DNA of 64,000 nt from NCBI GenBank assembly GCA_965219995.1, contig CBDCOX010000002.1, forward strand, positions 2,336,001 to 2,400,000, given 5' to 3'. Under the pieces are notes generated by a model. That model was not told where the DNA came from, made no database searches, and saw only the letters and a program-made list of their open reading frames with translations. The DNA is from Candidatus Latescibacterota bacterium. Lineage in GTDB: Bacteria > Latescibacterota > UBA2968 > GCA-2709665. Made by a program: the position numbers and the translations under genes. Below, piece after piece: positions 53,146 through 62,236 of the stretch; the stretch's first letter is position 1, and every line of letters begins with the position of its first letter.

Positions 53146-54873
53146 TCAGAAAAAATTGTAGTCCAGCGTCACGCGCCAGTCGCGGGTGCTTCCGTCCCCG
53201 CGCTTTCCGTCGCGCAGAGGCACGTTGCCCGCCCGCGTCAGCCGGTAGGTTGCCGAGAGCACCAGGTCCCGGACGGGCTCGAAGACGAGGTCCGCCCCGA
53301 CGTGGGTACGTTTCTCCACGGCGCCGCTCATAAACTCCCTGACCGCCGGGTCCGTCGGACGCCGGCCCCGCAGCGCGTCTCCCCCCACGTTTGTCACGGT
53401 ACCGTCCGGATGCTCGATATTCTGGCCCTCCCGAGTACGGTCAAGGCTTAGCGACACCGCAACCGCCGGCGACAGCCGGTGTGTTACCCGCGCCCAGAGT
53501 CTGTCGGAATTCGGGCCCGTGGGATATCCAAGCAGGGCGTCGAAATGCGCATAGGAATTGATGTCGAACCTGTGAGAATACACGTACGGCTCCACGTGCA
53601 CGAATTCGACCCGAATGTCCGTATCCCGCAATCCGATCGGATCAACCCAGAAAACACCGACCTGAGTGGCAAGTTTGTTGGAAAAGTCTCCCGGACTGAA
53701 CTTCCGCAGGTCATCCATGAATAGCGCAACATAGGTCTGAATGCCTCTCGCCGGCCTGAAAGTAATATCGACCGCCACCACAAGATTGTCTTTGTCCCCC
53801 ACGGACATCTGTGCGGCCGTGAGCAGCGACACGGGCGGAAGGTACAGAAACTCCAGATTTCGGTCACCATAGATTACGGCCTCCTGAAGACCCAGGCAGG
53901 CTCGCGGGGACAGATCGAACTCCACCCGATGGGCGGCAATCGCCTTGGCCCGCTGAAACGTACGCAGGTAACCGTTATCGATCCGGGTCAGGGAAGTGTC
54001 GACCATGCCCCGTTCCGCCTCCAGGAATCCCAGAATGTGTTTGAAACGCAGCCGGCGGTACTGCGCATTGAACCGCAAGGTCCCGAAAGATGGCGCGAAA
54101 GCGGTCAGAAACAGGTTGCCGGTCCGGCCCGGCCCCCAATCCAGGCTGCCTTTTCCCGCGCTGACGTCGAACCAGCGCGTCGCCCAGATCAGCTGAAAGG
54201 TGGCTTCGCGAAAATCCACGGCCTTTCCCTTGATCTGCACCAGCTCGATCGGACGGGCTAGAATATCCGCACGGGTCCGGCGCGGGAGGGTGCTCCACTC
54301 CCGCGCCTCGAAGTGGCGAACCCGGAATCCGAACCGATCGCCCGCGGTTCCGCGCGCCAGCGCGCCCACGTGCGTCTGCGAGACCGTCTCGTCTTCCCGC
54401 TCCTCGCCTCTGAACCGGATCAGCCGCTGCCGGAAGACCGCGTCCAGGACAACGGATGCAGCCGTATCCTGCCACGAATAGAGGGCATCCGCCAGCCGGT
54501 CGAGGGGGCGCGTCTGCGCCGGCGCAGACGCGTGGCCCAACCGCACGACCTCGGGGCGGAACTCCGCCAGGTGTCTCTGGAAGAACCCCTGCTCGGTATG
54601 CGACATGGCGGCCTGCGCTTCTCTGCTGCGCAAAACCTGAATCAGAAGCCGGGCGACTTGAAGGCGGGTGTACGGTCTGTCCTGCGACGCCGCGGCGTCC
54701 AGCCACCCGTTGGCGTCGTACCGGTCGAGCGACCGATAAACCCCGTGAATAAGCGGCACATCCGGGGTATTGTCGCCCGCGCGGGCGGTCCGGGCCAACG
54801 ATAGAAAAGCCAACAGGAGGAAGACGGATCTCACGACGCCACGTCCGGAGAAAACTGAACCTTGATTCGTCAT
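53146..54873 (-). CDS. Capsule assembly Wzi-like outer-membrane beta-barrel protein
   Basis: Signal peptide; YRSLDR...RPYTR; GKGSLDWGPG..GNLFL; AHRVE; LQEAVIYG; DNL; LGYPTGPNSD; C-terminal Phe (YNFF). Confidence 0.7.
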   Translation of the reverse strand: MTNQGSVFSGRGVVRSVFLLLAFLSLARTARAGDNTPDVPLIHGVYRSLDRYDANGWLDAAASQDRPYTRLQVARLLIQVLRSREAQAAMSHTEQGFFQRHLAEFRPEVVRLGHASAPAQTRPLDRLADALYSWQDTAASVVLDAVFRQRLIRFRGEEREDETVSQTHVGALARGTAGDRFGFRVRHFEAREWSTLPRRTRADILARPIELVQIKGKAVDFREATFQLIWATRWFDVSAGKGSLDWGPGRTGNLFLTAFAPSFGTLRFNAQYRRLRFKHILGFLEAERGMVDTSLTRIDNGYLRTFQRAKAIAAHRVEFDLSPRACLGLQEAVIYGDRNLEFLYLPPVSLLTAAQMSVGDKDNLVVAVDITFRPARGIQTYVALFMDDLRKFSPGDFSNKLATQVGVFWVDPIGLRDTDIRVEFVHVEPYVYSHRFDINSYAHFDALLGYPTGPNSDRLWARVTHRLSPAVAVSLSLDRTREGQNIEHPDGTVTNVGGDALRGRRPTDPAVREFMSGAVEKRTHVGADLVFEPVRDLVLSATYRLTRAGNVPLRDGKRGDGSTRDWRVTLDYNFF

Positions 54874-54999
54874 TTTTCGGTGACGTTACATCGTATATAC
54901 GCAAGTTGATAAATGCGATTAAACGTCTGATTTTCAAAAGCCTTCAGGTCACTGGACGTGAACAGAAAAAATGTCCATTTCGACGACCTTTTCAGCCCA

Positions 55000-55027
55000 A
55001 TTATACCATAACCCCGGGAATTGTCAA
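55000..55027 (-). promoter_or_regulatory. Consensus extended sigma70 promoter for the glycan/C25 operon
   Basis: Minus strand TTGACA (55027-55022), 16-nt spacer ending TGG, TATAAT (55005-55000), i.e. TGnTATAAT. Confidence 0.75.
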
Positions 55028-55075
55028 GCGAACGGCCTCCCGCGTTCAGGCGGTTGCACGTGTCCCCGAAATTCC

Positions 55076-55104
55076 TTGACTTTGCGGATTCAACCACCTA
55101 TTTT
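55076..55104 (+). promoter_or_regulatory. Putative sigma70 promoter for the microcompartment operon
   Basis: TTGACT (55076-55081), 17-nt spacer, TATTTT (55099-55104). Confidence 0.5.
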
Positions 55105-55154
55105 TCGCGCCTTGAGTCCGGATTCGTCCCAGTTTTCTGTCCCGTAAATGCCCG

Positions 55155-55871
55155 ATGGCACAGACATTCAAACCTGCTTCCGAATGCGCGGACTGCAAGC
55201 TGTGCGAACGAGGGCAGCCGTCCGCGAACGGCAACGGGTCGCCGGACATCGCCCGCGTCGTCCGTGAAGTCCTCGTGAGGATCCGGAACGGAAAAGACGG
55301 CCTCCGCGAAATCCCGGTCGGCGTCTCCGCAAGGCACTGCCACCTGAACCGGGAAGCCATGGATGTCCTGTTCGGGCACGGATCGGAACTCACGCCGTAC
55401 CGGGAACTGTATCAGCCCGGCGCTTACGCGGCGAAAGAATGCGTCTCCGTGGTGGGGCCCCGCTTGCGCGCCATCGAGCGCGTGCGGATTCTGGGACCCG
55501 CCCGGGACTACAATCAGGTCGAATTGGCCCGGACCGACGCCATCTTTCTCGGTCTCGATCCCCCTGTACGGGACTCCGGCGACCTGCGAGGCGCCCAGCG
55601 GGTCACTTTTGTGGGCCCTGAAGGATCCCTCACCGTACCCGCCGCGATCCGGGCCGCACGGCACCTCCACCTTCGCCCCGCCGACGTTGATGAGTTGGGA
55701 CTTGCGGGGCGCGACGCCGTTCGTGCTCACGTCATCGGCGAAAAGGGACTTGTCTTCGAGAATGTCAGGCTGAAAATCGACCCCGGCTATTTGCCCGAAC
55801 TTCACCTGGACACCGACGACGCCAATGCGGCCGACCTCGTCTGCGGCGGCAAGGCGTTTATCGAATCCTGA
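55155..55871 (+). CDS. pduL: PduL-type phosphotransacylase with N-terminal encapsulation peptide
   Basis: IPVGVSARHCHL, LYQPGAYAA, VRILGP, RDSGDL, RHLH and ELHLDTDDANA motifs; helix DIARVVREVLVRI. Confidence 0.92.
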   Translation: MAQTFKPASECADCKLCERGQPSANGNGSPDIARVVREVLVRIRNGKDGLREIPVGVSARHCHLNREAMDVLFGHGSELTPYRELYQPGAYAAKECVSVVGPRLRAIERVRILGPARDYNQVELARTDAIFLGLDPPVRDSGDLRGAQRVTFVGPEGSLTVPAAIRAARHLHLRPADVDELGLAGRDAVRAHVIGEKGLVFENVRLKIDPGYLPELHLDTDDANAADLVCGGKAFIES

Positions 55872-55893
55872 ACCGCTTCGGGACAGCAGCCCA

Positions 55894-57315
55894 TTGAATG
55901 TCCGGCTCTTCATCCTGGTCGCGCTCCTGACGCCCCCGGCGGTTGCCTGTTTCCACCGGGTGCAGATGGACGATCCGTATATTACGTACCGATATGCGCG
56001 AAATCTGGCGGAAGGCCGGGGGTTCATCTACAACGAAGGCGAACGGGTGCTGGGAACCACGGCGCCGCTTTACGCCGTGATCCTGTCCCTGCCCGGCCGG
56101 ATCGCCGGAAACTATCCGCTGTTCAGCACCCTTCTCAGCGGCGCCGCGCTGGGAGCGCTCGGACTGCTGATCGGCCGCATTCTCGCCTGCTTCAATGAAG
56201 ACACGGCGGGTTTCGTTGCCGCGTTTCTCGTGGTCCTGAATCCGTACCTCGGCGACGTACTCGGCTTTGAACTGATTCTGTTCCAGGCGCTTGTTTTCGG
56301 CGCCTACGCCGCTTACTTTTCGAACCGTCCGAGTCTGGCGGCATTTCTGCTTGCCCTGGGCACGCTTACCCGCGGGGACGGGCTTGTGCCCGCGGGACTG
56401 ATTCTGGGCCACCATCTGTGGACACAACGGCGGGAGGCCTTGCGGCCGCTTCTCGTCTTCGCGATTGTTGTCGGCGGGTGGTCGATTTACGCGATTTCGA
56501 ATTTCGGATCTCCGTTTCCGAATACGCTCGAGGCAAAACGCGCCATGGGCGCGAGCGGGCTCTGGCGGTCGCTTTGGCATGGCGTCCTTTATACAGGCTG
56601 GCGATATCTGGAGTGGTCGCCGTTGTTTCTCTGGTTCGTCCTGCCGGCGCTCGTTGGCGCCAGACGGATATTGCGTCTGGACAGGCGCATTCTGCTCATT
56701 GCGGGATGGCCGGTATCCATCTTTCTCGGGTACTGGGCGATGGGCGTGCCCGCGGCCTACAATTACTATGCGGGGCTGGTGCCGTTCCTGATGATCCTGA
56801 CCGCCCTCGGAACGGTCTCACTGACCGGTTGGGTCGCAGAACGCCGGCCGGTCTGGCGCGCCTGTGAGGTCCGGATAACCGCGCTGCTGTGCATTCCGCT
56901 GCTGATCGCCGTACTCACCCCCACCGTCAGGCAACTGGGCCGGGATCCTCAGCCGAGGTACACGGTCTACAGATCGGCGGGGGAGTGGCTCGCCGGGAAT
57001 ACGCCGGCGACGGCTTCTGTCGGAATGGTGGAAATCGGTATCGTGGGGTTTTACAGCGATCGGTACATTGTGGACGTGTGTGGTCTGGTCACCCCCTCGG
57101 TCGGTCCCCACCTGGCAGCCGGGGACGTGTCGTGGCCCGTCCGGACGTACCGGCCGGATTATATGATTCTGCACGATCCATTGTGGGCTTCGCTGGAGAA
57201 ACCGATTGCGTCCGCGCAGTGGTTCAGAGACGCCTACGAACGCGTCAGGACCTTCGACGGCCCCCAGCCCTACCGGCTGGCCGTCTATAAAAATAAAGAT
57301 GTCGTTTCTCGTTGA
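55894..57315 (+). CDS. GT-C-fold integral membrane glycosyltransferase (arabinofuranosyl/mannosyl-transferase-like); start uncertain
   Basis: [46 protein letters not shown] and EIGIVGF...VDVCGLV motifs; polytopic. Confidence 0.75.
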   Translation: MNVRLFILVALLTPPAVACFHRVQMDDPYITYRYARNLAEGRGFIYNEGERVLGTTAPLYAVILSLPGRIAGNYPLFSTLLSGAALGALGLLIGRILACFNEDTAGFVAAFLVVLNPYLGDVLGFELILFQALVFGAYAAYFSNRPSLAAFLLALGTLTRGDGLVPAGLILGHHLWTQRREALRPLLVFAIVVGGWSIYAISNFGSPFPNTLEAKRAMGASGLWRSLWHGVLYTGWRYLEWSPLFLWFVLPALVGARRILRLDRRILLIAGWPVSIFLGYWAMGVPAAYNYYAGLVPFLMILTALGTVSLTGWVAERRPVWRACEVRITALLCIPLLIAVLTPTVRQLGRDPQPRYTVYRSAGEWLAGNTPATASVGMVEIGIVGFYSDRYIVDVCGLVTPSVGPHLAAGDVSWPVRTYRPDYMILHDPLWASLEKPIASAQWFRDAYERVRTFDGPQPYRLAVYKNKDVVSR

Positions 57316-57392
57316 AAAAACAGGCGGGCGCCCTGCCCGCCGAACTTCGTGTTTTGATGGGACGGACAAACCAAAAGAGGAGGAATCGCGAG

Positions 57393-57674
57393 ATGGGTGA
57401 AGCCCTTGGCATGATCGAAACCAGAGGTCTGGTGGCGATGATCGAGGCGACCGACGCCATGGTGAAAGCGGCCAATGTGAAGCTGGTCAACTGGGAAAAG
57501 ATCGGGGCGGGATACGTAACCGCCGTCGTCCGCGGCGACGTGGCCGCGGTCAAGGCCGCCACGGAGGCGGGCGCCGCGGCCGCCGGCAAGATTGGCGAAC
57601 TGATATCCGTGCATGTCATTCCGCGCCCGCACGGCAGCCTGGAAGACGTGCTGCCTATTGGCAAATCGTCCTGA
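57393..57674 (+). CDS. Microcompartment hexameric shell protein (BMC-H, EutM/PduA-like)
   Basis: [26 protein letters not shown]...GDVAAVKAA...VHVIPRPH; AGGAGG RBS upstream. Confidence 0.95.
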   Translation: MGEALGMIETRGLVAMIEATDAMVKAANVKLVNWEKIGAGYVTAVVRGDVAAVKAATEAGAAAAGKIGELISVHVIPRPHGSLEDVLPIGKSS

Positions 57675-57691
57675 AGCCCTGAGCGTTACCT

Positions 57692-57997
57692 ATGATTCTG
57701 GGTAAAGTGGTGGGGACGGTTGTCGCCACCCAGAAAGACAGGGGCCTTGAAGGCTTCAAGCTCCAGGTCGTTCAGACCCTGGACATTCAGACCCTGGAAC
57801 CGGGAAGTCGTTTCCTGGTTGCCGTCGACGCCGTCGGCGCCGGGACCAATGAAGTGGTCCTGTGCACAAGCGGCAGTTCCGCTCGAATGACGGGATCGAC
57901 CGAAGACCGGCCGGTGGACGCGGTCGTCGTCGCGATCGTCGATTCCGTCGAAATGGAAGGCGAAACGACCTACCGCAAGGACTCCGGTTCCTTCTGA
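57692..57997 (+). CDS. eutN: Microcompartment pentameric vertex protein (BMC-P, EutN/CcmL)
   Basis: MILGKVVGTVVATQK...VAVDAVGAG..E.V...GSSAR...PVDAVVVAIVD. Confidence 0.93.
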   Translation: MILGKVVGTVVATQKDRGLEGFKLQVVQTLDIQTLEPGSRFLVAVDAVGAGTNEVVLCTSGSSARMTGSTEDRPVDAVVVAIVDSVEMEGETTYRKDSGSF

Positions 57998-58008
57998 GTT
58001 TCGAATCG

Positions 58009-59445
58009 ATGAATATCAGCGAAGCACAAATCAGATCGGTTGTTGAGGAAGTCGTCCGGACCCTGGCGCCGGAAAAGCGGGCGCCCGCGGTCGTCTCGTC
58101 TCCGGCCCGGCCGGCCGGAAACGGGGACGACGGCGTCTTCGAGCAACTCGACCACGCGGTCGACGCGGCTGCCGTTGCGCAGCGGGACCTGGAAGCCCTG
58201 TCGCTCGAGACCAGGAGAGGAATCATCGAGGCCATTCGGAAGGCGTCGCTGGAACACGCCAAGGGCCTCGCACAGATGACCATCGACGAAACCGGTATGG
58301 GCAGAATCGCCCACAAAATCCGGAAATTCGACGTGGTCGCCCGGCTCACTCCGGGCGTCGAAGACCTGGAACCGGTTGCCTGGACCGGAGACCGCGGACT
58401 GACCGTTGTCGAGCTGGCGCCCTTCGGCGTCGTTGCCGCCGTCACACCCTCCACCCACCCGGTCCCGACGACCGTAAACAATGCCATCAGCCTCATCTCC
58501 GCCGGGAACGGCGCCGTATTTGCGCCGCACCCCGCCGCCAAGAACGTCTCCCTCCTGGGCATCCAGATCCTCAATCGGGCCATCGTCCACGCGGGCGGGC
58601 CCCCGAATCTCTTAACCGCGGTCCGCGAGCCCGGTATCCAGACCGCACAGGACCTGTTCGTACATCCAGGGATCGACCTGATTTTGGTCACGGGCGGGGG
58701 CGGCGTCGTCAGAGCCGCCATGCAGGCGCCGAAGCGCGCCATTGCAGCGGGTCCCGGAAATCCTCCGGTGGTCGTCGACGAAACCGCTGACCTCGACACG
58801 GCGGCGGACGGCATCGTGGAAGGCGGCGCCTTCGACAACAATATCCTCTGTATCGGCGAGAAGGAAATCTTCGTGGTCGAATCGGTTGCCGATGAACTCA
58901 AGCGTTCTCTGCTTTCCAGAGGGTGCGTGGAACTGGACCGCGGCCAGATCGACAGCCTGACAGGGCGTGCATTCACCGAAGACGACAGGGGCGAACGGAA
59001 CGTCAACCGCGAATTCGTAGGCCGCAACCCGAACGTTCTCGCCGAGAGCATCGGCCTGAACGTGCCTCCGGAAACCGAGTTGCTCATCGGAGAGGTTGAG
59101 GCCGCGCACCCCTTCACGCAGAATGAGCAGATGATGCCGTTCATTCCATTTGTCCGGGTACCCGACGTGAACACGGGGATCGAACGGGCCGTGGAGGCCG
59201 AACATGGCTATCACCACACGGCCGTGATGCACTCCAGGAACGTTGAAAACATGACCAACATGGCGCGGGCGTGCCGCTGCAGCCTCTTTATCAAGAACGG
59301 CCCGTCCTCCGCCGGGGTGGGCGCGGGAGGCGAAGGATACACCTCGTTCTCCATCGCAACACCCACCGGGGAGGGCTGCACCTCGGCCAGGACATTTACC
59401 CGTCAGCGCCGCTGCACGCTGGTCGACTATTTCAGAATTGTCTGA
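58009..59445 (+). CDS. Acylating aldehyde dehydrogenase (EutE/PduP-like) with N-terminal encapsulation peptide
   Basis: Helix EAQIRSVVEEVVRTL; APFGVVAAVTPSTHP, VTGGGGVV, AGPGNPP, FDNNILCIGEKE (catalytic Cys) and TPTGEG motifs. Confidence 0.93.
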   Translation: MNISEAQIRSVVEEVVRTLAPEKRAPAVVSSPARPAGNGDDGVFEQLDHAVDAAAVAQRDLEALSLETRRGIIEAIRKASLEHAKGLAQMTIDETGMGRIAHKIRKFDVVARLTPGVEDLEPVAWTGDRGLTVVELAPFGVVAAVTPSTHPVPTTVNNAISLISAGNGAVFAPHPAAKNVSLLGIQILNRAIVHAGGPPNLLTAVREPGIQTAQDLFVHPGIDLILVTGGGGVVRAAMQAPKRAIAAGPGNPPVVVDETADLDTAADGIVEGGAFDNNILCIGEKEIFVVESVADELKRSLLSRGCVELDRGQIDSLTGRAFTEDDRGERNVNREFVGRNPNVLAESIGLNVPPETELLIGEVEAAHPFTQNEQMMPFIPFVRVPDVNTGIERAVEAEHGYHHTAVMHSRNVENMTNMARACRCSLFIKNGPSSAGVGAGGEGYTSFSIATPTGEGCTSARTFTRQRRCTLVDYFRIV

Positions 59446-59508
59446 CGTCCGGCGACAACCTGTGCGGCGAGTACCACGCACAGGGTCCACTTCCAACCCC
59501 CGGCTCGC

Positions 59509-59781
59509 ATGCAACTCGGTCGCGTCATCGGAAAAATCGTAGCCACCAGGAAAGACCCGTCACTGACCGGCATCCGGCTGCTCGTAATCCGTCCTCTGGA
59601 CCATCGTCGGAAGGAAATCGGCGATACGCTGGTGGCGGCCGACGTCGTCAGCGCGGGTCAGGGCGAGACCGTCTACTGGGTCTGTGCGAGGGAGGCGCCC
59701 AATGCCCTCCCTGAAAAATACGGCCCGGTAGACGCCGCCATCGTCGGCATTGCCGACCGGATCGATATCCGAAACCCTTAA
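59509..59781 (+). CDS. BMC-P (EutN/CcmL) vertex protein
   Basis: MQLGRVIGKIVATRK...VAADVVSAGQGE...PVDAAIVGIAD. Confidence 0.9.
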   Translation: MQLGRVIGKIVATRKDPSLTGIRLLVIRPLDHRRKEIGDTLVAADVVSAGQGETVYWVCAREAPNALPEKYGPVDAAIVGIADRIDIRNP

Positions 59782-59831
59782 AGACCGAAACCGGAAGCAG
59801 TTTTCCGGTTGTTCTCCAGTCCCCGGTTTCC

Positions 59832-60110
59832 ATGATTCTCGCACGTGTGCTCGGCAGCGTTGTGTCCACGCTGAAACATCCCGCCTACGAAGCCGCCAAA
59901 CTCATGGTGATCCAGCCGGTTCAGCCGGACGGCAGCGACCGGGGCGACACCCTGCTTGCGGTCGATACCGCGGGTGCGGGCGCCGGCGAGACCGTCCTCG
60001 TTCTCCGCCAGGGCGTTGCGGCCGCGCAGGTCCTGGGAGTGGATCGGCCGCCGATCCGCTCCGTTATCGTAGGCATTGTGGACCAGATCTCGTATGAGCC
60101 GCAGGCATAG
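59832..60110 (+). CDS. BMC-P (EutN/CcmL) vertex protein
   Basis: MILARVLGSVVSTLKH...LAVDTAGAGAGE...IVGIVD. Confidence 0.9.
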   Translation: MILARVLGSVVSTLKHPAYEAAKLMVIQPVQPDGSDRGDTLLAVDTAGAGAGETVLVLRQGVAAAQVLGVDRPPIRSVIVGIVDQISYEPQA

Positions 60111-60161
60111 ACCGGAATACCGGCCAACGACACCCGAGGGTACCCTTCAGGTCACCACGTT

Positions 60162-60980
60162 ATGACACTCCATCAGGCAAAGCTGGATATCGTGGAAGCC
60201 GGACGCAGGCTTTACGACCGAGGTTATATCGTCGCGAGCGACGGCAACCTCTCCGCGCGCTTCGATGAAGACCGCCTGATCGTGACGCCCGGCGGGCTAT
60301 GCAAGGGAAACCTCGCCGTAGAGGATCTGTGCGTCTGTGACATGGAAGGCCGGAAGATAAGCGGGCGCCTCAATCCGTCCTCCGAAATCGGCATGCATCT
60401 GTTTCTTTACAGGGAAAGGCCCGACATCAAGGCGGTTGTCCACGCCCATCCGCCCACGGCCACCGGATTCTCCGTTGCCGGAATGCCGCTCACCGATTGC
60501 GTACTGCCCGAAGTCGTGATCACACTCGGCTCGATTCCCACCGCGGAATACGGAACGCCGGGCGGCCCCGAAATTTCCGAGCCGATACGAAAATACGTCA
60601 AGGACTACGACGCCTATCTGCTCGAGAATCACGGCGCCACCACCGTGGGTACCGGCGTGATGAACGCTTACTTCAAAATGGAGACCCTGGAACATTTCGC
60701 CCGCATCCTGTTTGTCGCGCGTCAGTTGGGCGGCGCCAACGTCCTGAGCCAGGACCAGGTTGACAAACTCCTTCAGATCCGCAAACGCCTGGGTATCCGG
60801 GGCCCGGATCCCGCGTGCGTCGTGGGAACGGATCATACCGGCGATTCCGGTGCCCCTGACTCGCAAATCCCCACGCTTCGCACGCGCAGCGCTTCGACCC
60901 CATCCGTCGGCCCCCCGCCTTCGGACGACGATCTGGTCACCGAAATCACCCGCCAGGTGATGCGGCATCTCCGCAAATAG
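60162..60980 (+). CDS. Class II aldolase (L-fuculose/rhamnulose-1-phosphate aldolase-like) with C-terminal encapsulation peptide
   Basis: DGNLSAR, TPGG..KG, PSSEIGMH, VVHAHP and LENHG motifs; linker then DDLVTEITRQVMRHL. Confidence 0.9.
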   Translation: MTLHQAKLDIVEAGRRLYDRGYIVASDGNLSARFDEDRLIVTPGGLCKGNLAVEDLCVCDMEGRKISGRLNPSSEIGMHLFLYRERPDIKAVVHAHPPTATGFSVAGMPLTDCVLPEVVITLGSIPTAEYGTPGGPEISEPIRKYVKDYDAYLLENHGATTVGTGVMNAYFKMETLEHFARILFVARQLGGANVLSQDQVDKLLQIRKRLGIRGPDPACVVGTDHTGDSGAPDSQIPTLRTRSASTPSVGPPPSDDDLVTEITRQVMRHLRK

Positions 60981-61026
60981 AACCGCGGTACGTGTTCCGT
61001 TCCACAGCGCCCGACTCCCGCCGCCT

Positions 61027-62217
61027 ATGAAAATCCTCGTTGCCAACGTCGGCAGTACGTCGTTCAAGTACAGACTCTTCGACATGAACGACGAGACGGT
61101 GATCGCCGAAGGACGCCTGGAGCGTATCGGCGACGCACGGTGTCCGGTTGAACATCGCGCCGGCGGGCGGGAAGCCCGCTTCACCTGTGCGCTTCCGGAT
61201 ACCCCTGCAGCGATCCGGAACGTGATGGATGCCCTCAGCCGGACGGGCGCGATCCGGGGGGCCTCGGACCTGGATGCCGTGGGGTTCAAGACCGTCCATA
61301 TGCGCGGAGAGCCCGGGATCTACCTGCTGGACGACGGGATTCTCGAACGCATGGCCGAATACAACGAACTCGCCCCGGCCCACAACCCGCCGTACATCCT
61401 TGCGATCGGGATCTTCCGGGAATTATACCCCGGCCTACCACTGGTCGGCCTGTTCGAACCGGCATTCCACACCACCATTCCGGACTACGCGTACACCTAC
61501 AGCGTTCCCTTTTCCTGGCACGAAACCTACGGCGTGCGAAAATACGGCTTTCACGGCGCGTCCCACCGTTATATCTCCGAAAGGGCCCCCCGGCTCCTGA
61601 ACCGGCCGGCCGAGGACCTGAACCTGGTTTCATGTCACCTGGGCGGCAGCGCATCTCTGTGCGCGATAAAGGACGGCCGGTCCGTCGACACCACCATGGG
61701 ATTCTCCGCCCAGGACGGCATTATCCACGGCAACCGCAACGGCGCCATCGACCCGTTCATCATACCCTTCATTATGGATCGCGAAGGCCTTTCTACGGAC
61801 GAGGTCCGGCGAATCCTCACCACGGAGAGCGGTCTGCTCGGAATCTCCGGCGTCAGCGGCGACGTGCGCGACCTGGAAGCGGCCGCCGCCGCCGGCAATC
61901 GACGGGCGAGACTGGCCATCGAGACCTTCTGTTACGGCGTTAAGACAGGCATTGGCGCGATGGCCGCAGCGCTTGGCGGAATCGATGCGCTTGCCTTCGC
62001 GGGGGGTATCGGTGAACGCGGAGTCCACGTTCGGCGGCGCATCTGCAGGGGCCTGGAATTCCTCGGCGTTCAACTGGACCCCGACAGAAACCGCACAGGG
62101 CCGGCCGAACGGCTGATTTCCGCTTCAGAAAGCCGCGTGAAAACACTGATTGTGGCCACAAACGAAGAAATCATCGTCGCCCGGGAAACCGCGGCTTTCC
62201 TCAAGAGTCTTTCGTAA
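61027..62217 (+). CDS. ackA: Acetate/propionate-family kinase (divergent)
   Basis: KILVANVGSTSFKY, APAHNP, RKYGFHGASH, CHLGGSAS, FAGGIGE and TNEE motifs. Confidence 0.88.
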   Translation: MKILVANVGSTSFKYRLFDMNDETVIAEGRLERIGDARCPVEHRAGGREARFTCALPDTPAAIRNVMDALSRTGAIRGASDLDAVGFKTVHMRGEPGIYLLDDGILERMAEYNELAPAHNPPYILAIGIFRELYPGLPLVGLFEPAFHTTIPDYAYTYSVPFSWHETYGVRKYGFHGASHRYISERAPRLLNRPAEDLNLVSCHLGGSASLCAIKDGRSVDTTMGFSAQDGIIHGNRNGAIDPFIIPFIMDREGLSTDEVRRILTTESGLLGISGVSGDVRDLEAAAAAGNRRARLAIETFCYGVKTGIGAMAAALGGIDALAFAGGIGERGVHVRRRICRGLEFLGVQLDPDRNRTGPAERLISASESRVKTLIVATNEEIIVARETAAFLKSLS

Positions 62218-62236
62218 CGCACGGATCCTGGAACCC

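Noticed and set aside
55021-55060. TGTCAA followed by a small hairpin, reminiscent of an IS200/IS605 end
   Set aside because: Better explained as the -35 box of the minus-strand promoter; no TnpA, TnpB or IscB nearby.
59789-59810. Intergenic hairpin AACCGGAA-GCAGTT-TTCCGGTT between BMC-P genes, and a similar one at 46201-46242
   Set aside because: Short, with no clear U-tract. Possibly mRNA-stabilising, but not supportable as terminators.
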